NCBI GenBank assembly: GCA_038045705.1
Contig: JBBSXO010000002.1
Span: 25,557 to 89,556, forward strand
Direction of reading: 5' to 3'
DNA length: 64,000 bases
From: Nanobdellota archaeon
Lineage (GTDB): Archaea; Nanobdellota; Nanobdellia; Pacearchaeales; GW2011-AR1
Shown: positions 19,804-30,949 of the stretch, piece after piece
How positions within the stretch are numbered: position 1 is the first letter of the stretch
How the letters are laid out: every line of letters begins with the position of its first letter
Made by a program: the position numbers and the translations under genes
Notes under the pieces: generated by a model
Told to the model about the DNA's origin: nothing
The model's database searches: none
Seen by the model: only the letters and a program-made list of their open reading frames with translations

Positions 19804-21480
19804 TCAGGGGTGTGAAAACCAATATTCAGCAATCTCTTCATGAACTCTGTCAAACTTTACAAACCCAAACCTTTCAAACTGAACAACCGTTCCAGACTTT
19901 ATTTTAGCGCCAGCAGGCTCTACAAAACCTGCAATCCAATTCCCATCAGGCATCAATATTCGAGTTTTTACTGCTCCAGATGAAACCCAGTTTATTTTAG
20001 GTATCTTCTTATTATCTATAGAAGTAATTTCAGTTCTCTCTCCTATTTTTACATTAAATAAATGTAAAAGTCTAACTTCATTTCCACGATTTTTATCAAA
20101 GTCTTTTCCAGAAATTGCAATATCATCACTAACTAAAACCTCTCTAGTATCTTCAGGTCTATCTGGATGATTGGGTACAATAATTCTATCTACCCCATTC
20201 ATTTCAGAAGCAGAGATATTCAGCTTCTTAGGGTCCTCAACAAAAGAATAACGTAAAGTTTCTGAATCAATCATCTGACGATTTATTGCATAAAGAACAT
20301 CAATAGGCACAATAATATCTTGTTTATTCAAACCAATTCTTTTAACAAACTCTCGTATAGCTTCAGGTTTTATTCCTCTTCTAGCTAAACTCTGAACGCT
20401 CCAAGTTCTAGGATCATCCCATCCGCTAAACTCTCCAGAACTAACTTCTTTAGCAGCTTTTGATTTAGAGATTTTAGCACCAACACCTTCAAGCCTAATA
20501 ACTCCAACGTGAATTAAAATAGGGTGCTTCCACTTAAATAAATCCCAAATATATTTTTCCATATCACTCTCAATCATTAATTCATTTCCTCTTATTATAT
20601 GTGTAATTCCAAGCAAATGATCATCTACTGCCCAGCACATTTCAAGAGTTGGCCAGACTCTATACTTCGTTCCTACTCTAGGATGAGGTCTATCCGCAAT
20701 TCTAAAAAGTACTCTGTCCCTAAAAGCAGGATTAGGATGTTGCATATCCGTTTTAATTCGTAAAACTGCTTCTCCTTCTTTAACTTTAGAATTGAACAAT
20801 TCTTTCCATCTAGAATGTTGAATTCCAGTGGGATATTGTCTGCAAGAACATTCTTTTCCTTCGGCTCTATTTTGCCTTAATAATTCAGCCTTGCAGTAGC
20901 AAACATAAGCTTTATTCATTTCAATTAATTTTTCAGCATATTCATAATAAATCTCGAGCCTATCTGATTTAAAATAAGTCTTTTTATAATTAATTCCAAG
21001 CCATTTAAATGCATCAGGAATTAAATCATAAGCCTCCTTCACAATAGGTTTTTCAACACTTCCTATAGTATCATCCATAACAAGAAGCAAATCCCCGTTA
21101 TATTTTTCAGCATATAATGCATTAAGCAAGTAAGTCTTAGTATTTCCTATATGCAATGCTCCAGATGGAAAAGGCGCAAGTCTCAAGACCATTTTTTTAC
21201 CAATATCTGAAGGTGGTAATTCAGGAAGTTCATAATCTTCAGTTTTATCAGTTTTCTTAACTAAATCTTTAACACTATCAAATAATTTAGCCCTATTTTT
21301 CTCATTTAATAAATTAACATCATCAACAGTTTTGTTAACAATCTTCATAACAAGAGGGATTTCCTTCTTATCCAAACCATGCTGAAACAGTTTTGTTAAG
21401 ACTCTTGAAGCATCTGCCTTGCCATGTTCCATGGCATTTTGTAATGCATATGCCAGTATTTCCCTAGAAAAATCTTTCAT
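19804..21480 (-). CDS. gltX: Glutamate--tRNA ligase (archaeal type)
   Basis: RLAPFPSGALHIGN (HIGH), ISKS, GWDDPRT, QFERFGF. Confidence 0.96.
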   Translation of the reverse strand: MKDFSREILAYALQNAMEHGKADASRVLTKLFQHGLDKKEIPLVMKIVNKTVDDVNLLNEKNRAKLFDSVKDLVKKTDKTEDYELPELPPSDIGKKMVLRLAPFPSGALHIGNTKTYLLNALYAEKYNGDLLLVMDDTIGSVEKPIVKEAYDLIPDAFKWLGINYKKTYFKSDRLEIYYEYAEKLIEMNKAYVCYCKAELLRQNRAEGKECSCRQYPTGIQHSRWKELFNSKVKEGEAVLRIKTDMQHPNPAFRDRVLFRIADRPHPRVGTKYRVWPTLEMCWAVDDHLLGITHIIRGNELMIESDMEKYIWDLFKWKHPILIHVGVIRLEGVGAKISKSKAAKEVSSGEFSGWDDPRTWSVQSLARRGIKPEAIREFVKRIGLNKQDIIVPIDVLYAINRQMIDSETLRYSFVEDPKKLNISASEMNGVDRIIVPNHPDRPEDTREVLVSDDIAISGKDFDKNRGNEVRLLHLFNVKIGERTEITSIDNKKIPKINWVSSGAVKTRILMPDGNWIAGFVEPAGAKIKSGTVVQFERFGFVKFDRVHEEIAEYWFSHP

Positions 21481-21510
21481 TAAAATTACAAATTAATTGT
21501 ATATTTAAAA

Positions 21511-21720
21511 TTACCTTCTATAATCAATATAAGCAAGATGTTTATCAGAATCCTCTGATTCTGAAATGATTTCAAGATTACTAATTTCATCCCTCTTACC
21601 TGCAGAAGAAGATAGAGATCCATATAGACCAATTCCAAGGCTCAAAAGAATAATGGACAAATCAATCAAATAATTATTTCTAGAAGATTCATGCACAGGA
21701 ACATATTGTCCGCGTAACAT
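21511..21720 (-). CDS. Small orphan membrane protein
   Basis: One TM segment. Confidence 0.35.
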   Translation of the reverse strand: MLRGQYVPVHESSRNNYLIDLSIILLSLGIGLYGSLSSSAGKRDEISNLEIISESEDSDKHLAYIDYRR

Positions 21721-21749
21721 AATCAACAAAGAACTATTTAATATATAAA

Positions 21750-23738
21750 CTATTCTAAAGGAGCTCCAGAAAATGAGCTATTATTTGCTTTTCCAGGAAT
21801 TTCTCCTCCAAGAGATGCTGGCAGACCACTAAACCCTCCCCCATAAACTGAATGGTGTATCTCTGGGTTAATAGGGCCTAGTCCACCAAAGTAACCTCCA
21901 TCATTCATTATTGCGCTATTCCAGTAAGCAGACCCAGCATTACCCATTGAACCTTCAGCATACACTGGAGCAGTCAATCCAGAAAGAGATTCAGCAACAG
22001 GCGTCTTAGTCATTCCTAACCCACCTTGACGTGAAAACCAGTCTCCTGTTTCTATTGCCTTTTTAGCCTTTCTAAAATTTTCCCCCCATTCCTGATTGTT
22101 AAGAATTTCATCAATAGGAACGTTACCCATTCCAGCAGGCAATTCAGCATCTTCAAACCCTAAGTTATCAGCAATATGCATATGCTTAACATGTTTAGAG
22201 ATTGTTTTAGCCTGATTCAAAACATCTTGTCGATTATAACCCCATTTCTGAATTGAATTAATATGTCCAACGTCCCAAGTTGCTCCAATAATTTTTTCAG
22301 CTGTCTTTTTTGCCTCATCTTTAGAAAGACCCAATCCACCATTTTTTGTAGGAGCACTAGCTTTTTCAATAAATTTCCTTTGAGTTTCTTCAACAAGTTC
22401 AGCAATTTCATCAGCCCTGGTTAATCCAGACATTCCAGCAGGAGGATTTTCAATACTAATTATTCCAGGAGCAAATCCATGTTTTTTAGCATTTTGATAA
22501 GCATGTATTGCAACATTAGAAAAAGTATCAGACCCTTTATCAACGGCAAATTTTCGAAGTGGCTTAAACAACTCAGGTTTAATCCCCTCGCTACCTAGCA
22601 GTCTCGTACCTTCCGAAATTTTATCTTGTAAATCAACAAAATTATAATCTTTATTGAATCTATCCCATGCACCCATTAACTCTTTCTTATAATTTCCAAG
22701 TTTAGCCAAAGCCTTTCCATTATCTTTTTCTTTATTTCTCAAAGCTTCACCATAAGCCTCACTATACAAATCTTTAAGCTGGTCATAAGATTCTCTGACG
22801 AAAAAATCAGCATTTTGTAAACCTGAAACTCCATTATTAATTAAAGAAGCAACCTGCGGATTTTTCTGCCTTATTTCTTCAAGATCTTTTTTATATCTTT
22901 CATAATCTTTGCTATAAACCTTATAACCCTCAAAAAGACTCTCTGAATATTCAGGTGCAATTTCTTTTATCTTTGAATTATTTTCTTTCACATTAGTTAG
23001 ATTCTCAATAACTTCTCTATTCACCCGAGTATTATTAACATAAACAGATTCTATTTGTTTTTTCCACTGCTCCTTATTAAATTCATCAAGAGTTTTTTTC
23101 ATTTCATAGTCTTCTTTTTTGCCATCATCAAAATAATCTTTTTTTGGAATAGGCAAATTTCCAATCTGTCCAGAACGCTCATTATAAACAGCCATCTGAA
23201 CTGTCTTTTCTCTACGATCATTCTTATCATCAACAACAATAATTTTTCTTTCAACTTCAGGTAATCCATTATTAGAGTGAAATGTCATTACTATTCCCTT
23301 CTCTTTATCATCTGAATTCATCTGCTGTGCCAATTCAACAGCAGCCTTCATCTGTTTTTCAGCTTCAACTCTCTGATCTTCAGACCAATTACCTCTAGAA
23401 AATCCAGTAGACTCAACAAGAGGTCCATGAAAAGTTAAATCAACACCAGTCAGTTTTCTAAGTCTGTCTATTTCTTTCCAATGCTGTTTAGGAATGGAAG
23501 CTAAATGTTTCATAGGCCCTGCCCCACTTAACCCAAGACCTGAAACCTCGATAGTCTGAGCACCAGTATTCAATTTATCAGAAACTTTTTTCAACTGATT
23601 GGCAGTCAACGGATCAGTAGGATATGCAATATCTTTCACAGAAGGGTGATAAGCTTTAGCACCTAAGAAACCACCATATGGTTTCTCAAAAGGATAACTA
23701 GAACCATTTTCAGGATAAAAAGTCTCGTAACTTGCCAT
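21750..23738 (-). CDS. Xylose isomerase/endonuclease IV-like TIM-barrel protein with helical insertion
   Basis: TFHGP, TFHS, SIENP, WDVGHIN, HMHIADN.G..D.E, IETG metal-ligand motifs. Confidence 0.7.
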   Translation of the reverse strand: MASYETFYPENGSSYPFEKPYGGFLGAKAYHPSVKDIAYPTDPLTANQLKKVSDKLNTGAQTIEVSGLGLSGAGPMKHLASIPKQHWKEIDRLRKLTGVDLTFHGPLVESTGFSRGNWSEDQRVEAEKQMKAAVELAQQMNSDDKEKGIVMTFHSNNGLPEVERKIIVVDDKNDRREKTVQMAVYNERSGQIGNLPIPKKDYFDDGKKEDYEMKKTLDEFNKEQWKKQIESVYVNNTRVNREVIENLTNVKENNSKIKEIAPEYSESLFEGYKVYSKDYERYKKDLEEIRQKNPQVASLINNGVSGLQNADFFVRESYDQLKDLYSEAYGEALRNKEKDNGKALAKLGNYKKELMGAWDRFNKDYNFVDLQDKISEGTRLLGSEGIKPELFKPLRKFAVDKGSDTFSNVAIHAYQNAKKHGFAPGIISIENPPAGMSGLTRADEIAELVEETQRKFIEKASAPTKNGGLGLSKDEAKKTAEKIIGATWDVGHINSIQKWGYNRQDVLNQAKTISKHVKHMHIADNLGFEDAELPAGMGNVPIDEILNNQEWGENFRKAKKAIETGDWFSRQGGLGMTKTPVAESLSGLTAPVYAEGSMGNAGSAYWNSAIMNDGGYFGGLGPINPEIHHSVYGGGFSGLPASLGGEIPGKANNSSFSGAPLE

Positions 23739-23778
23739 CTCCCCTCTATATAATGATTAATTCAGAATATATAAACCT

Positions 23779-24267
23779 TTAAAGGTCTCGTCTTCTATCT
23801 TTTTTCTGTTGATCTTGTTCACGCTCGCCAACATAGGTTCTACCAGGATTTATCTCTCCTCTTGATTGTTGTTGTTCCACCTTATTATTTTGAAAAGTTC
23901 TATCTTGTTCAAAATTTCTTTCTCCAAAGTTTCTAGTGCCACTATCTGTTGCCTCAGCAGAACCAACAGGTTTGTAATTATTACCTTGATAAGAATTATT
24001 TCCCCCTCCAACATAAGATGGTCTGAAATCAATCTCATCTCTATCTTTTTTAGCAACTCTAACTGACCTTTCTTCAGGAGTACTTTGAGAACCTTCAGTA
24101 GCATCTAAAGTTGAAGTTTTGTTAAATCTTCTTACAGAAACCGAAGAGAAATCATTTCCTGCTTCTTCAAATTCTTCTTCATCAAACTCATCATCTATAG
24201 ACTCAACTTTTTTTGGAATTTCTTTAATGGGAGATTCAATTTTCTTTATTTCTTTTATTTTTGACAT
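23779..24267 (-). CDS. Low-complexity charged hypothetical protein
   Basis: Likely disordered ORF. Confidence 0.6.
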   Translation of the reverse strand: MSKIKEIKKIESPIKEIPKKVESIDDEFDEEEFEEAGNDFSSVSVRRFNKTSTLDATEGSQSTPEERSVRVAKKDRDEIDFRPSYVGGGNNSYQGNNYKPVGSAEATDSGTRNFGERNFEQDRTFQNNKVEQQQSRGEINPGRTYVGEREQDQQKKDRRRDL

Positions 24268-24300
24268 ATTTATTTAGATTAAGGATAGTTAAATATTTTC

Positions 24301-25941
24301 CTATTGAGCATCATATGGATTAGCATGTGAAGGCATACCATGTGCTTTCTTATAAGTATCAAATATAGTAAAACAAGATTCTCTTGCACTTAATGCAGTT
24401 TGAGAACGCACAACCTTTTCATATTCATTATCAGGATCTACACCTTTAGTTAAATCTGCTTTTTCTTTGTCTTTTTTCTTAATTCTAAAAGCAGAAAAGA
24501 AAGCTTTCAGACCAAAATCATCTCCTGAACCTTTCTTTCTTTTTTCATCTTCTTCTTTCTTTTTCTTATCCTCTTCTTCTATTTCCGATTCTTCTTTTCC
24601 TTCGGTTAATGCCCTAATCTCTTTCTCAATCTGTTTCAAACTATCATCAGTTACACCTTGAACAAGTTTCAAAACACTATTAAGATCGTCTTTCTCAAGC
24701 TCATCTTTTAAAACCTTAAGCTCTTGTTCATTTAGAGCATAACTAGTAAATTTAACTTCAGTCTTTCCACCAAAAGACCAATCTCCTCTTTGGGATATTC
24801 TTTGTGGTATACCTCTAAAACTTAATTCTAAAATTAGAACTTTATTATACTTCCTATCAAACTTAATTTTTTTAAATAAATCTGGAAGCAATCCAGCATC
24901 AACATCATCTTTAATATCGTAAGGTGAATTTGCAATTAACTGCAATTCTAAAATCATTGTGTTAAAAGCAGTAACAAGAGCAGGATTTTTACTTTCTATG
25001 TTTTGTGCAAGTTTTTGTGCAGCAATTAAGTAAGGTTTAACCCACCTTGCATACATCTTAAGCATATTTACTTGAGATTTTAAGTAATTTCTTTCTATTT
25101 CATATCTCTGTTTAAGAGATGTATGAGACTCATCTATCCACATAAAGAATTCCTGAGCTCTCTGTTGTAAGATTCTTTTTACTCTCTCATTTAAATCAAT
25201 ACCTTCTCCTTTCGCATTCTGTAATTTATCATTTACTACAGACATAAAAGCATCACGAAGTGTCACAAAGTCTAATTCCCCTGAAGATAAAGCGTTAATA
25301 CTTCCTCTGCCCTTACGAATATCTACATTATCCAGCCAAATCTGTTTTAAGGAAAGCAACTGTTTATTTTTATCATCTTTGCTAGATTTTTCATCCATAT
25401 AAACCTTGTAAGGTTTCAACCTTAACCTAAACTCTTTCAGATCATAGACTAAATTAAGAACAGATTTCAAAACGGTATTTACATTTCCCATTGTTCGTGA
25501 AGCTTCCTGTTGCATTTGAGTAGCCTTTCCCTGTAGTTCTGAGAAATGTCCAGATCCTGGAGAAGAGATAAAATTATCAGTTATCTTGTTTATTTCTCCA
25601 CCTGCATATATGGCCTTAAGAAAATCTAGTAACCAAAAATAAATTGGTTCTAAACCTTCTGCAGGAGAATCATAAGTAAGGCTATGTTCTTCTTTTGGAG
25701 ATTTCAGACCCCATAAATTTAAAGCATCAGCTTTAGCATCATCATAATTATAAGCAGGAAGGCTACTAGATTTAATTGGTTTAACTTCCTTCATTACTTT
25801 ATCAGAAGAATAACCTTCTCGCTTAACAAGTTCCCTTACAATCTTAACTAAATCTATAGTCTTTCCATTCTCTCCTTCTTTAGTTTTCTCACAATAAATC
25901 TCGGGACTAATAGCTGCAATTAACTTATGAATATCAACCAT
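24301..25941 (-). CDS. Helical hypothetical protein
   Basis: 546-aa ORF, no recognised motif. Confidence 0.75.
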   Translation of the reverse strand: MVDIHKLIAAISPEIYCEKTKEGENGKTIDLVKIVRELVKREGYSSDKVMKEVKPIKSSSLPAYNYDDAKADALNLWGLKSPKEEHSLTYDSPAEGLEPIYFWLLDFLKAIYAGGEINKITDNFISSPGSGHFSELQGKATQMQQEASRTMGNVNTVLKSVLNLVYDLKEFRLRLKPYKVYMDEKSSKDDKNKQLLSLKQIWLDNVDIRKGRGSINALSSGELDFVTLRDAFMSVVNDKLQNAKGEGIDLNERVKRILQQRAQEFFMWIDESHTSLKQRYEIERNYLKSQVNMLKMYARWVKPYLIAAQKLAQNIESKNPALVTAFNTMILELQLIANSPYDIKDDVDAGLLPDLFKKIKFDRKYNKVLILELSFRGIPQRISQRGDWSFGGKTEVKFTSYALNEQELKVLKDELEKDDLNSVLKLVQGVTDDSLKQIEKEIRALTEGKEESEIEEEDKKKKEEDEKRKKGSGDDFGLKAFFSAFRIKKKDKEKADLTKGVDPDNEYEKVVRSQTALSARESCFTIFDTYKKAHGMPSHANPYDAQ

Positions 25942-26020
25942 CTTCTTTTAATTACAAATAGAATCTATTTATTTAAAGGTGTTGGAGTATATTTATATAA
26001 GATAAAACGCTAAAAAGAAG

Positions 26021-26407
26021 ATGTTCAAAAAAAGAGAAAGTATAGAGATTTTAGATATTCCAGAATTGCATAGAAAAAAATTAATCAAATTACCAGAAGT
26101 ACAAAAAGAAGAGTCTACAAAAATAACAAATGACGGTTTTTTTGATCTTTCACAAATTACTCCTCAAAACAACAATATTTCTGAAGTAACTCAAAAAAAT
26201 GAAGAAATAAAAACTCAAGAAACTAACCAGTTAACAAACTTCTTGACAGATTTTGCTTCAATAGGAACATCAAACCCAACACAAAATGTCCAAAAAGAAA
26301 CAAAAACAGAAGACAGCTCTGAAGTAAAAGACTTAAAATGGAGAATAGAAAATCTAGAGTTTAAATTAGAGCAATTAATAGAAAAAGTAAACTCAATAAA
26401 TGAATAA
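26021..26407 (+). CDS. Hypothetical protein with C-terminal coiled-coil
   Basis: ORF; heptad C-terminus. Confidence 0.6.
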   Translation: MFKKRESIEILDIPELHRKKLIKLPEVQKEESTKITNDGFFDLSQITPQNNNISEVTQKNEEIKTQETNQLTNFLTDFASIGTSNPTQNVQKETKTEDSSEVKDLKWRIENLEFKLEQLIEKVNSINE

Positions 26408-26464
26408 TTACACCTCCGGAGTAATGTTTAAATAATGCTTTATCATTAAAACGTCGAGAGGAAG

Positions 26465-27304
26465 ATGAATAAAGAAAAAATACCTAGCAAGCCTGTTAAA
26501 AAGAATTATTCTAAATTCAGAACAGACAAAGATATTGCAATGGACTTTGCGACAAAAGTTCAAAGAAAATTTGACCATTTAATTAAAGCAACAGTTCTAT
26601 TTGGTTCACAAGTTTCAGGAGAAATAAAACCAGGTTCTGATATAGATATTGTAATAATTTTAGATGATGCATCAATAAATTGGGACATGGAATTAACTGC
26701 ATGGTACAGAGAAGAGCTGTCAAAATTAATTACAGAACAAAACTATTCTAGAGACTTACATGTAAACACAATTAGATTGACGACATGGTGGCGCGATTTA
26801 TTGCACGGAGACCCAGTAGTACTAAACATAGTGAGGCAAGGTCAAGTCCTAATTGATATAGGAGGATTCTTCAATCCAATAAAATCATTAATGATTCAAG
26901 GTAAGATACACTCAACTCCTGAAGCAGTTTATGCCGCGTTACAAAGATCTCCTTATCATTTAACGAGAAGCAAAATGTCTATGCTAAACGCAGTAGAAGG
27001 AGTTTATTGGTGCATGGTAGAAGCAGCCCAAGCAGCTTTAATCACTTTGGGAAAATTACCTCCTTCACCAGAACATATAACTAAAATGTTACATGAAAAT
27101 TTTGTTGAAACAGGAGTCTTAAAGTCAGAATTTGTAAAATGGTACCATAACATACACATTTTACACAAACAAATAGCTCACGGCGAAATAAAAATGGTAA
27201 AAGCACAAGAAATAGAGACATCCCAAATAAGAGCAGAAGAATTTATGAAAAAAATGGTTGAAATTATAGACAAATTAATAGAAGCTCGTAAAGATCAAAA
27301 ATAA
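26465..27304 (+). CDS. Pol-beta nucleotidyltransferase + HEPN-like helical domain
   Basis: LFGSQ...SDIDIVIILDD; C-terminal helical bundle. Confidence 0.8.
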   Translation: MNKEKIPSKPVKKNYSKFRTDKDIAMDFATKVQRKFDHLIKATVLFGSQVSGEIKPGSDIDIVIILDDASINWDMELTAWYREELSKLITEQNYSRDLHVNTIRLTTWWRDLLHGDPVVLNIVRQGQVLIDIGGFFNPIKSLMIQGKIHSTPEAVYAALQRSPYHLTRSKMSMLNAVEGVYWCMVEAAQAALITLGKLPPSPEHITKMLHENFVETGVLKSEFVKWYHNIHILHKQIAHGEIKMVKAQEIETSQIRAEEFMKKMVEIIDKLIEARKDQK

Positions 27305-27318
27305 AGATTGATAAAAAA

Positions 27319-28053
27319 TTAAGCTGCTTTCTTCTTAGCGCGTTCTTTCTCTTTTTCAACACTATATTGAGCAACAGCTATTCCAAGACCATAAGCTTCA
27401 GCAGGTCTATCTTTATCTTTTGTAGCATCATATCCTGCCATAGCATATCCTCTTAAAAGATCATCTTCTAAAGCATCGAAAGCCCTTATTTTATTAATAG
27501 CATCAGTTTGCACAGCACTCTTAGCAATGTTAAGATTATTTCTTAATACCCATGCAATAGAACCCTTTAGAGAGTTAGATTTGGCTCCATTGATAAGATC
27601 TTCATTATATTTATTAGCAACTTCATTCAAAGCATTTTCATCAGTAAGTATTTGTTGTGCATTGTAAGCATCTTTATGTGCTTTAATTACATCAGTAAGA
27701 CCAAATGGTAACGAGAAAGGTTTCTTACTCATTAAATATTGTCTTAAAGTTTTACCTCCAATACCATCAATAGCTTCACGTACATCAGATTGCACTTCAG
27801 TCACAACTCCACTAAAGACTTCTCCCAAATAAGCTTCAAGCCTTTCTCCTTGTCTAGCGGAAGTCATGTCTGCAGAATAAGCCTGTAAATGTTCCCATCT
27901 TTCAACATCCTTAGGATTTTTTGATTTATCAAGACCTTGCATCTTAGCAATTTCTAAAGCAGCATTTAAACCCCTAACCTTAGTAAATTTATCTCTGAAA
28001 GCCTCAGCTACCATTGCACCATTACCTGCTTTTATGATTGTTTCCAATGTCAT
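27319..28053 (-). CDS. Orphan helical hypothetical protein
   Basis: 244-aa Ala-rich ORF. Confidence 0.6.
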   Translation of the reverse strand: MTLETIIKAGNGAMVAEAFRDKFTKVRGLNAALEIAKMQGLDKSKNPKDVERWEHLQAYSADMTSARQGERLEAYLGEVFSGVVTEVQSDVREAIDGIGGKTLRQYLMSKKPFSLPFGLTDVIKAHKDAYNAQQILTDENALNEVANKYNEDLINGAKSNSLKGSIAWVLRNNLNIAKSAVQTDAINKIRAFDALEDDLLRGYAMAGYDATKDKDRPAEAYGLGIAVAQYSVEKEKERAKKKAA

Positions 28054-28115
28054 AAAAACAATATAAGTTCGTACTATTTAAATCTTTCTATTTTGTTCAC
28101 ACTATATAGTAACAA

Positions 28116-30857
28116 CTATTCAGCAGACTCAATTTGACCCTGAGGCTCAAGCATCTTTCTAACAGCAGGATTATTCTCAACTTCACCAAACACAATAGCA
28201 TCAAATAATATATCCTGCTGTACTTCATAAGGTATCTCTGAAACTTCCATTTTTTCACTAGATAACTCAATAATCTCTTCTTCAACTTTTTTAGAAGCAA
28301 AATCCTCCGAACTCAAAGACATAGAGTCATTCAACGCTGGTATCTCACTAGAAGCCCCCTTTCCAGGATTATAATCTCCCTCTTCAACACCCCAACTTTC
28401 TATATGTTTCATAACATCATTATGAGCTATGGCAGGTTCAACATGCTCAGAAGCTTGAAGCATAGGCCTTATAGTCTGCAAACCAATCCCTTGAGAAGGC
28501 GCATGGTGAACTGGAGTATCAATTCCATGAGAGATTCTCTTTATCTTTACAGTTCTTTCTACATCATTAAACTTCTCATGAACTTTAGTCTTAGTATTTT
28601 CGATCTCATTAATCAAAAGAGAAACAGCATGTGCGGCATCAGCATTTACTGAAATACTGTCTATCCCCTCTGAAATTAAAAACTTGACCATCTCAGGCTT
28701 ACTTCCAGCCTGTCCACAAATAGATGTTTCAACACCATATTTCTTACAACGTCTTATAACATAAGAAATAGAATTAAGTATAGCAGGATTAAGCTCATTA
28801 TACAAATTCTGAACATCTTCATTATTTCTATCTAGCGCTAAGGTATACTGAGTTAAGTCATTAGTTCCAAAGCTAACAAAGTTAATCCCTTCTTCACAAA
28901 GGTCATTTATTATTTGAACAGCAGCTGGTGTTTCAACCATGATTCCTAGTTTAACATTACTCGGAAATTTAACTTTAGAAGCAATTCTTTTGGCAGACTT
29001 CACTTCATCAACAGAGATTATCTGAGGAAACATCACACCAAATATTTTTTTACTATATTCGTCAGCAAGCTCTTTAATAGCCATGAATTCAGCTTCAAGT
29101 AAATCTTCATTCTTTAAACTAAATCTTATTCCGTGATCTCCTAACATCGGATTCATCTCTATAGTTTCAGGAGCACCTTCCAAATTTCTATATTCATCAC
29201 TTCTAATATCTGAAGTTCTAATCCACATTTCATCAAAATGTTTTGCTATTTTCTTAAGACCAGAGTGTATAGTTGAAACATACTCATTCAGTTTATTCTT
29301 TTTGACAAACCAAACTGGATGTTTACCAGAAGTAGCAATTAAAGTCTCCAATCTAATCAAACCTACACCAGTAACACCAGATAAAGCAGCACGTTCTGCA
29401 TAATCTGGCAAATCAACTATTGTTTTTATCTTTGTCTTTTTAGTTGGAACTATCTGTTTAATTTCCACCTTTTTTTCAAAAGTCTTTCCGTCAAATATAC
29501 GACCAGTAAATCCATCAACAGTAACTAATTGTCCATCCTTAAGTCTTTCAGTAGAATTGCGAGTTCCAACAACCGCAGGAATTCCCATCTCACGAGAAAT
29601 AATAGCTGCATGTGATGTTGCTCCACCTTCATCCGTAATTATTGCTGAAGCCCTTGCCATTGCAACAACCATATCAGGATTAGTCATCTTAGTTACGAGA
29701 ATAGACCCTTTACTAACTTTAGAAAGCTCATCAAGAGAATGAACTATTTTAACTATTCCAGATGCAACTCCAGGAGAAGCAGCTAAACCAGAAAGTAAAA
29801 CATTACCTTCTATTTCTTGATTACTTTCATGAACTTTGGTAGTAATGGGTCTTGATTGCACAATATAGACGCCATCTCTATCTATAGCAAACTCAATATC
29901 TTGAGGTTTACCATAATGCTCTTCAAGTTTCAGACCATATTGACCTAGAATCTTAAGCTCATGACCTGTCAAAACTTCCCTATTACTTATTTCATGACTT
30001 AATTTTACTTCTTCGGTTTTTCCTGAAGAGCTTCTTGTTAAAGCTATTTTTTTATCTGATATTTTATGATCTACCAAATCAAGCTTGGAATTCATCACAT
30101 AATGATCTGGAGAAATCATCCCAGAGACTATCCCCTCTCCTAAACCAAAAACAGCTTCAATAACAATATTTCCATCGTTCTTCAAAGGATTTTTAGAAAA
30201 CATAACACCAGATTTTTGCGAATCAATCATTCTTTGAACTACAACAGCTAAATATCCTTTTTCAGTTGCAAACCCTTTCTTTTTACGATAATAAATTGCT
30301 CTAGCAGTAAACAAAGAGGCAAAACATTTTTTTACAGACTCAATTAAAGAATCAGCCCCTTTAACATTTAAGAAAGTCTCTTGTTGCCCTGCAAAACTAG
30401 CATCTGCTAAATCTTCCATCGTAGCACTAGAACGAACTGCAACAAATGGAGGTTCATGAGAGTTCTTCAATATTGATAGGGCTCCATCAGTCATCCCTTT
30501 ATGTTTGATTCTTTCCCTCTCAACATCTAAAACTTGATATGCTTCAGCAATATCATTTCTCATTTCATGAGACATAGGAGCATCGACTATCAATCCTCTA
30601 ATCTTTTTAGCAGTAGACTCAAGTTGTTTTGTATCATCAACATCAATTGAATTTACAAGATTAATTATCTGATTTCTAAGTCCAGATTTTTCGATAAAAT
30701 AATCATAAGCCTGTGCAGTTACAATAAATCCAGGAGGCACAGGAAATTTATTGTTATACATCTCCGCTAAACTTGCACCTTTACCACCAGCAATGGAAAT
30801 ATCCTTATTACTCAATTCGGAAAACCATTTAACAAATCCTTTATTAGCATCACCCAT
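28116..30857 (-). CDS. ppsA: Phosphoenolpyruvate synthase with acidic C-terminal tail
   Basis: GGKGASL, AVRSSAT.EDL..ASFAGQQET, GGATSHAAI, ETPAA, SFGTNDLTQ, SICGQA. Confidence 0.95.
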   Translation of the reverse strand: MGDANKGFVKWFSELSNKDISIAGGKGASLAEMYNNKFPVPPGFIVTAQAYDYFIEKSGLRNQIINLVNSIDVDDTKQLESTAKKIRGLIVDAPMSHEMRNDIAEAYQVLDVERERIKHKGMTDGALSILKNSHEPPFVAVRSSATMEDLADASFAGQQETFLNVKGADSLIESVKKCFASLFTARAIYYRKKKGFATEKGYLAVVVQRMIDSQKSGVMFSKNPLKNDGNIVIEAVFGLGEGIVSGMISPDHYVMNSKLDLVDHKISDKKIALTRSSSGKTEEVKLSHEISNREVLTGHELKILGQYGLKLEEHYGKPQDIEFAIDRDGVYIVQSRPITTKVHESNQEIEGNVLLSGLAASPGVASGIVKIVHSLDELSKVSKGSILVTKMTNPDMVVAMARASAIITDEGGATSHAAIISREMGIPAVVGTRNSTERLKDGQLVTVDGFTGRIFDGKTFEKKVEIKQIVPTKKTKIKTIVDLPDYAERAALSGVTGVGLIRLETLIATSGKHPVWFVKKNKLNEYVSTIHSGLKKIAKHFDEMWIRTSDIRSDEYRNLEGAPETIEMNPMLGDHGIRFSLKNEDLLEAEFMAIKELADEYSKKIFGVMFPQIISVDEVKSAKRIASKVKFPSNVKLGIMVETPAAVQIINDLCEEGINFVSFGTNDLTQYTLALDRNNEDVQNLYNELNPAILNSISYVIRRCKKYGVETSICGQAGSKPEMVKFLISEGIDSISVNADAAHAVSLLINEIENTKTKVHEKFNDVERTVKIKRISHGIDTPVHHAPSQGIGLQTIRPMLQASEHVEPAIAHNDVMKHIESWGVEEGDYNPGKGASSEIPALNDSMSLSSEDFASKKVEEEIIELSSEKMEVSEIPYEVQQDILFDAIVFGEVENNPAVRKMLEPQGQIESAE

Positions 30858-30949
30858 AAAGAAAGAAAACACAATCAGTTAATAAATATTACTTCAATTC
30901 AAGCTGATCTTTTATTATGATGTCATAATCTTCAACAACATTAAATAGG

